This document shows, one piece after another, positions 33,601 to 34,423 of a stretch of DNA of 34,423 bases. Within the stretch, counting starts at the first letter, position 1, and each line of letters begins with the position of its first letter. The stretch lies in contig CAZSGL010000002.1 in the NCBI GenBank assembly GCA_964606265.1, forward strand, positions 1 to 34,423. Direction: 5' to 3'. The notes below the pieces were generated by a model, which was not told the origin of the DNA, did not search any database, and was given only the letters and a program-made list of their open reading frames with translations. The DNA comes from an uncultured Anaerolinea sp. GTDB lineage: Bacteria > Chloroflexota > Anaerolineae > Anaerolineales > Anaerolineaceae. The position numbers and the translations under genes are program-made.

Positions 33601-34423
33601 AGTCTGAACTTCCAGCCAATACACAGGGGATTTTTAGAAATCTATCCATAAACGCGGGTGCAATTTTCCCGCTTCAAACTAGTGGTAATCCCGTTGGGTT
33701 GTTGATCGCCAGTTCGAAGCGTGTTCAAGAATTTGACCCGAATGACATTCACACCATGCAAATCGTTTCCAATAGTATTGCGGTGGCACTCGAAAGGCAG
33801 AAACTACTCTTCGAAGCCCAAAGGCGTGCAATTGAACTTCAAACCGCTGCAGAAATCGCCAGAGATACTACCAGTACGCTATCACTCGAAATTCTGCTTA
33901 ATCGAATCGTCAACCTACTTAAGGATAGATTTGAGCTTTACCATGTATCCATTTTCCTGCTGGATGATACAAATACCTACGCACTTATCCAGGAATCCAC
34001 CGGAACTGCGGGCCAAGAATTAAAACGACGCAATTATCGGTTGGCTGTTGGTTCCAAATCAGTTATTGGTACTTGCACGGGTACTGGTGAGACGGTTGTT
34101 GTTAATGATACAACTCACAGTTCCATCTACTATCCCAATCCGCTTTTGCCAGATACACAATCCGAACTCGGACTCCCTTTGAAAATCAGCGGCAAGGTCA
34201 TTGGTGCCATTGACCTCCAATCGACTGAAATAAACGCATTCCCGCAAGAAGCGACTGCAATCCTCCAGATTCTCTCTGATCAGATTTCGGTAGCTATTGA
34301 TAACGCGAAAGCTTACGCCATTTCGCAGGAAGCCGTAGAAGAAATGCGCGAACTTGATCGTGTAAAAAGTCAATTCCTCGCGAACATGAGTCATGAATTA
34401 CGCACGCCTCTAAATTCAGTCAT
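30669..34423 (+). CDS. Large PAS/multi-GAF sensor histidine kinase, 3'-truncated by the window end
   Basis: This ORF is not in the supplied track because it has no stop codon in the window. ATG 30669 is preceded by AGGAG. I translated the frame (codon starts divisible by 3) at the start, near 31500, and at the end. The N-terminus reads MSKNEINNRINKLF... followed by a PAS-like segment (FSWESDANGLYTQCSQEVTQVLGYLPEEVIGNPLLS). Further on come VTPLKLRDRQTAVIEVLD...LALENAQLY, several GAF-like modules and the conserved GAF subtype (FELYHVSIFLLDD...NPLLPDTQSELGLPLKISGKVIGAIDLQS). The window ends in a HisKA H-box, RELDRVKSQFLANMSHELRTPLNSV. I did not translate every codon, but no competing long ORF exists in 30.7-34.4 kb. 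Confidence 0.88.
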   Translation, partial: MSKNEINNRINKLFTGIQDGDESIISALSVQKSDQFSWESDANGLYTQCSQEVTQVLGYLPEEVIGNPLLSIGLSFSEQSKLRNALQSELFPCDVELVFQTKNGQFVTTRCNLFQKSNSEGKLIGYQGIVLQLDTQIEHLVTPDIPTRELNTNDAETSDADPVDSHLSLLSAGIQTGKLPEIDDSVTYSPEPISPSVKPTKKRREVKPKEITHPQKSSSQSRVIQTAPLPPIFSAIPPTPIVDIPSLADSFTGITLQENDFKSAESTWSKQAESSLVHNETISQNGDINNPAVIVTPLKLRDRQTAVIEVLDSAPERKWTQADRLLVQEISTQLGLALENAQLYSTIQKELRERVKAEEETLRRNRDLATLNQIGQRLSRLVGQEEIFEIITSMSQDILNQNNILVSIFDPEKKQLAFPVCLVDGEKQTIIPRKLLNGYQETILKNKTSLLVNSDLVQVISEPTFDHPRNKPLSLLAVPLLTADKAIGIISVYDFDKENAFSQVQAELLSTIASQAATALENTNLFTEIRDALAIIEVRELYQSNVTNAVARLSEKGSSETDFLLESLSKASSSERVFYAQSDDDPKIGKAWFPRSIYCQPGFELNINPMPFENFPNWVEMLENKPWFSYTQSNCPEPEKQFLIDNAIQSVLMFSIRLEDQPVGCIGLLNIASPMEWKSEQIDILTIATDSFNNTLIRESLLNRVQGSLSETESLYSASHQLALADDMQKMLEAVIEGTNVQAINRGVLVLFDYDPNNQISRMAVEANYYSGIGTPPPVRGTEYLVSLYKSIFITQNPVFYDDLLEIQLEKSLQDILTRQNIRSMAVLPLWSANKQLGVMLLQTPQKHTFSPQELRTYPPLSDQLSTSIQNLRLFEETQEALSETELLYKISSGIAKSHTMEELVRLVGENVLPQNADTLWLCTSTYNTQSKSNDIEVIGSYSSTGQYSVSGIKLDPGVLSFIDFSKAEPEVFSDISKSELPANTQGIFRNLSINAGAIFPLQTSGNPVGLLIASSKRVQEFDPNDIHTMQIVSNSIAVALERQKLLFEAQRRAIELQTAAEIARDTTSTLSLEILLNRIVNLLKDRFELYHVSIFLLDDTNTYALIQESTGTAGQELKRRNYRLAVGSKSVIGTCTGTGETVVVNDTTHSSIYYPNPLLPDTQSELGLPLKISGKVIGAIDLQSTEINAFPQEATAILQILSDQISVAIDNAKAYAISQEAVEEMRELDRVKSQFLANMSHELRTPLNSV

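Noticed and set aside
30683-34394. Short ORFs on both strands: 31073-31303(-), 31552-31752(-), 32648-32902(-), 32845-33051(+), 33139-33363(-), 33721-34023(+) and 34059-34394(-).
   Set aside because: All lie inside the long open frame of the kinase gene and have no recognisable motifs. They are shadow or out-of-frame ORFs.

Overview
This is a moderately AT-rich bacterial chromosomal segment. Its gene content (a complete mreBCD-mrdA-rodA elongasome and very GAF-rich signalling proteins) looks Chloroflexota/Anaerolineae-like, but taxonomy cannot be confirmed from the sequence alone.

Layout, left to right:
- tmRNA (ssrA), with a bidirectional terminator.
- On the minus strand, ligA followed by an RlmI-like rRNA methyltransferase.
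- A plus-strand accessory cassette at 3859-9246, followed by an MFS transporter.
- tRNA-Pro(GGG).
- A minus-strand housekeeping operon: mreB-mreC-mreD-mrdA-rodA-gltX.
- tRNA-Gly(CCC).
- A signalling operon of more than 16 kb with very tight gene spacing (18410 to the window end).

Two regions stand out.

(1) The 3859-9246 cassette. It encodes a Zn-ribbon membrane protein and a DUF2207-like membrane protein whose cytoplasmic C-terminus is an alternating Cys-Ala tail (SCACACACAGCACACAGGGR). These are followed immediately by a radical-SAM/SPASM enzyme with an N-terminal PqqD-like RRE, then a cysteine-less 'pseudo-rSAM' paralogue that keeps the RRE, then a translationally coupled SAM methyltransferase. 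I consider this the best candidate for an undescribed protein- or peptide-modification system.

(2) The signalling operon. It encodes two CheY-like receivers, four membrane-anchored multi-GAF proteins with no recognisable output domain, an embedded ParA/MinD-like ATPase, and a giant PAS/multi-GAF histidine kinase. The kinase runs off the window and is therefore absent from the supplied ORF track. All five sensor proteins share one GAF subtype and unusual partial-GAF modules.

No CRISPR arrays, rRNA genes or mobile elements were seen.
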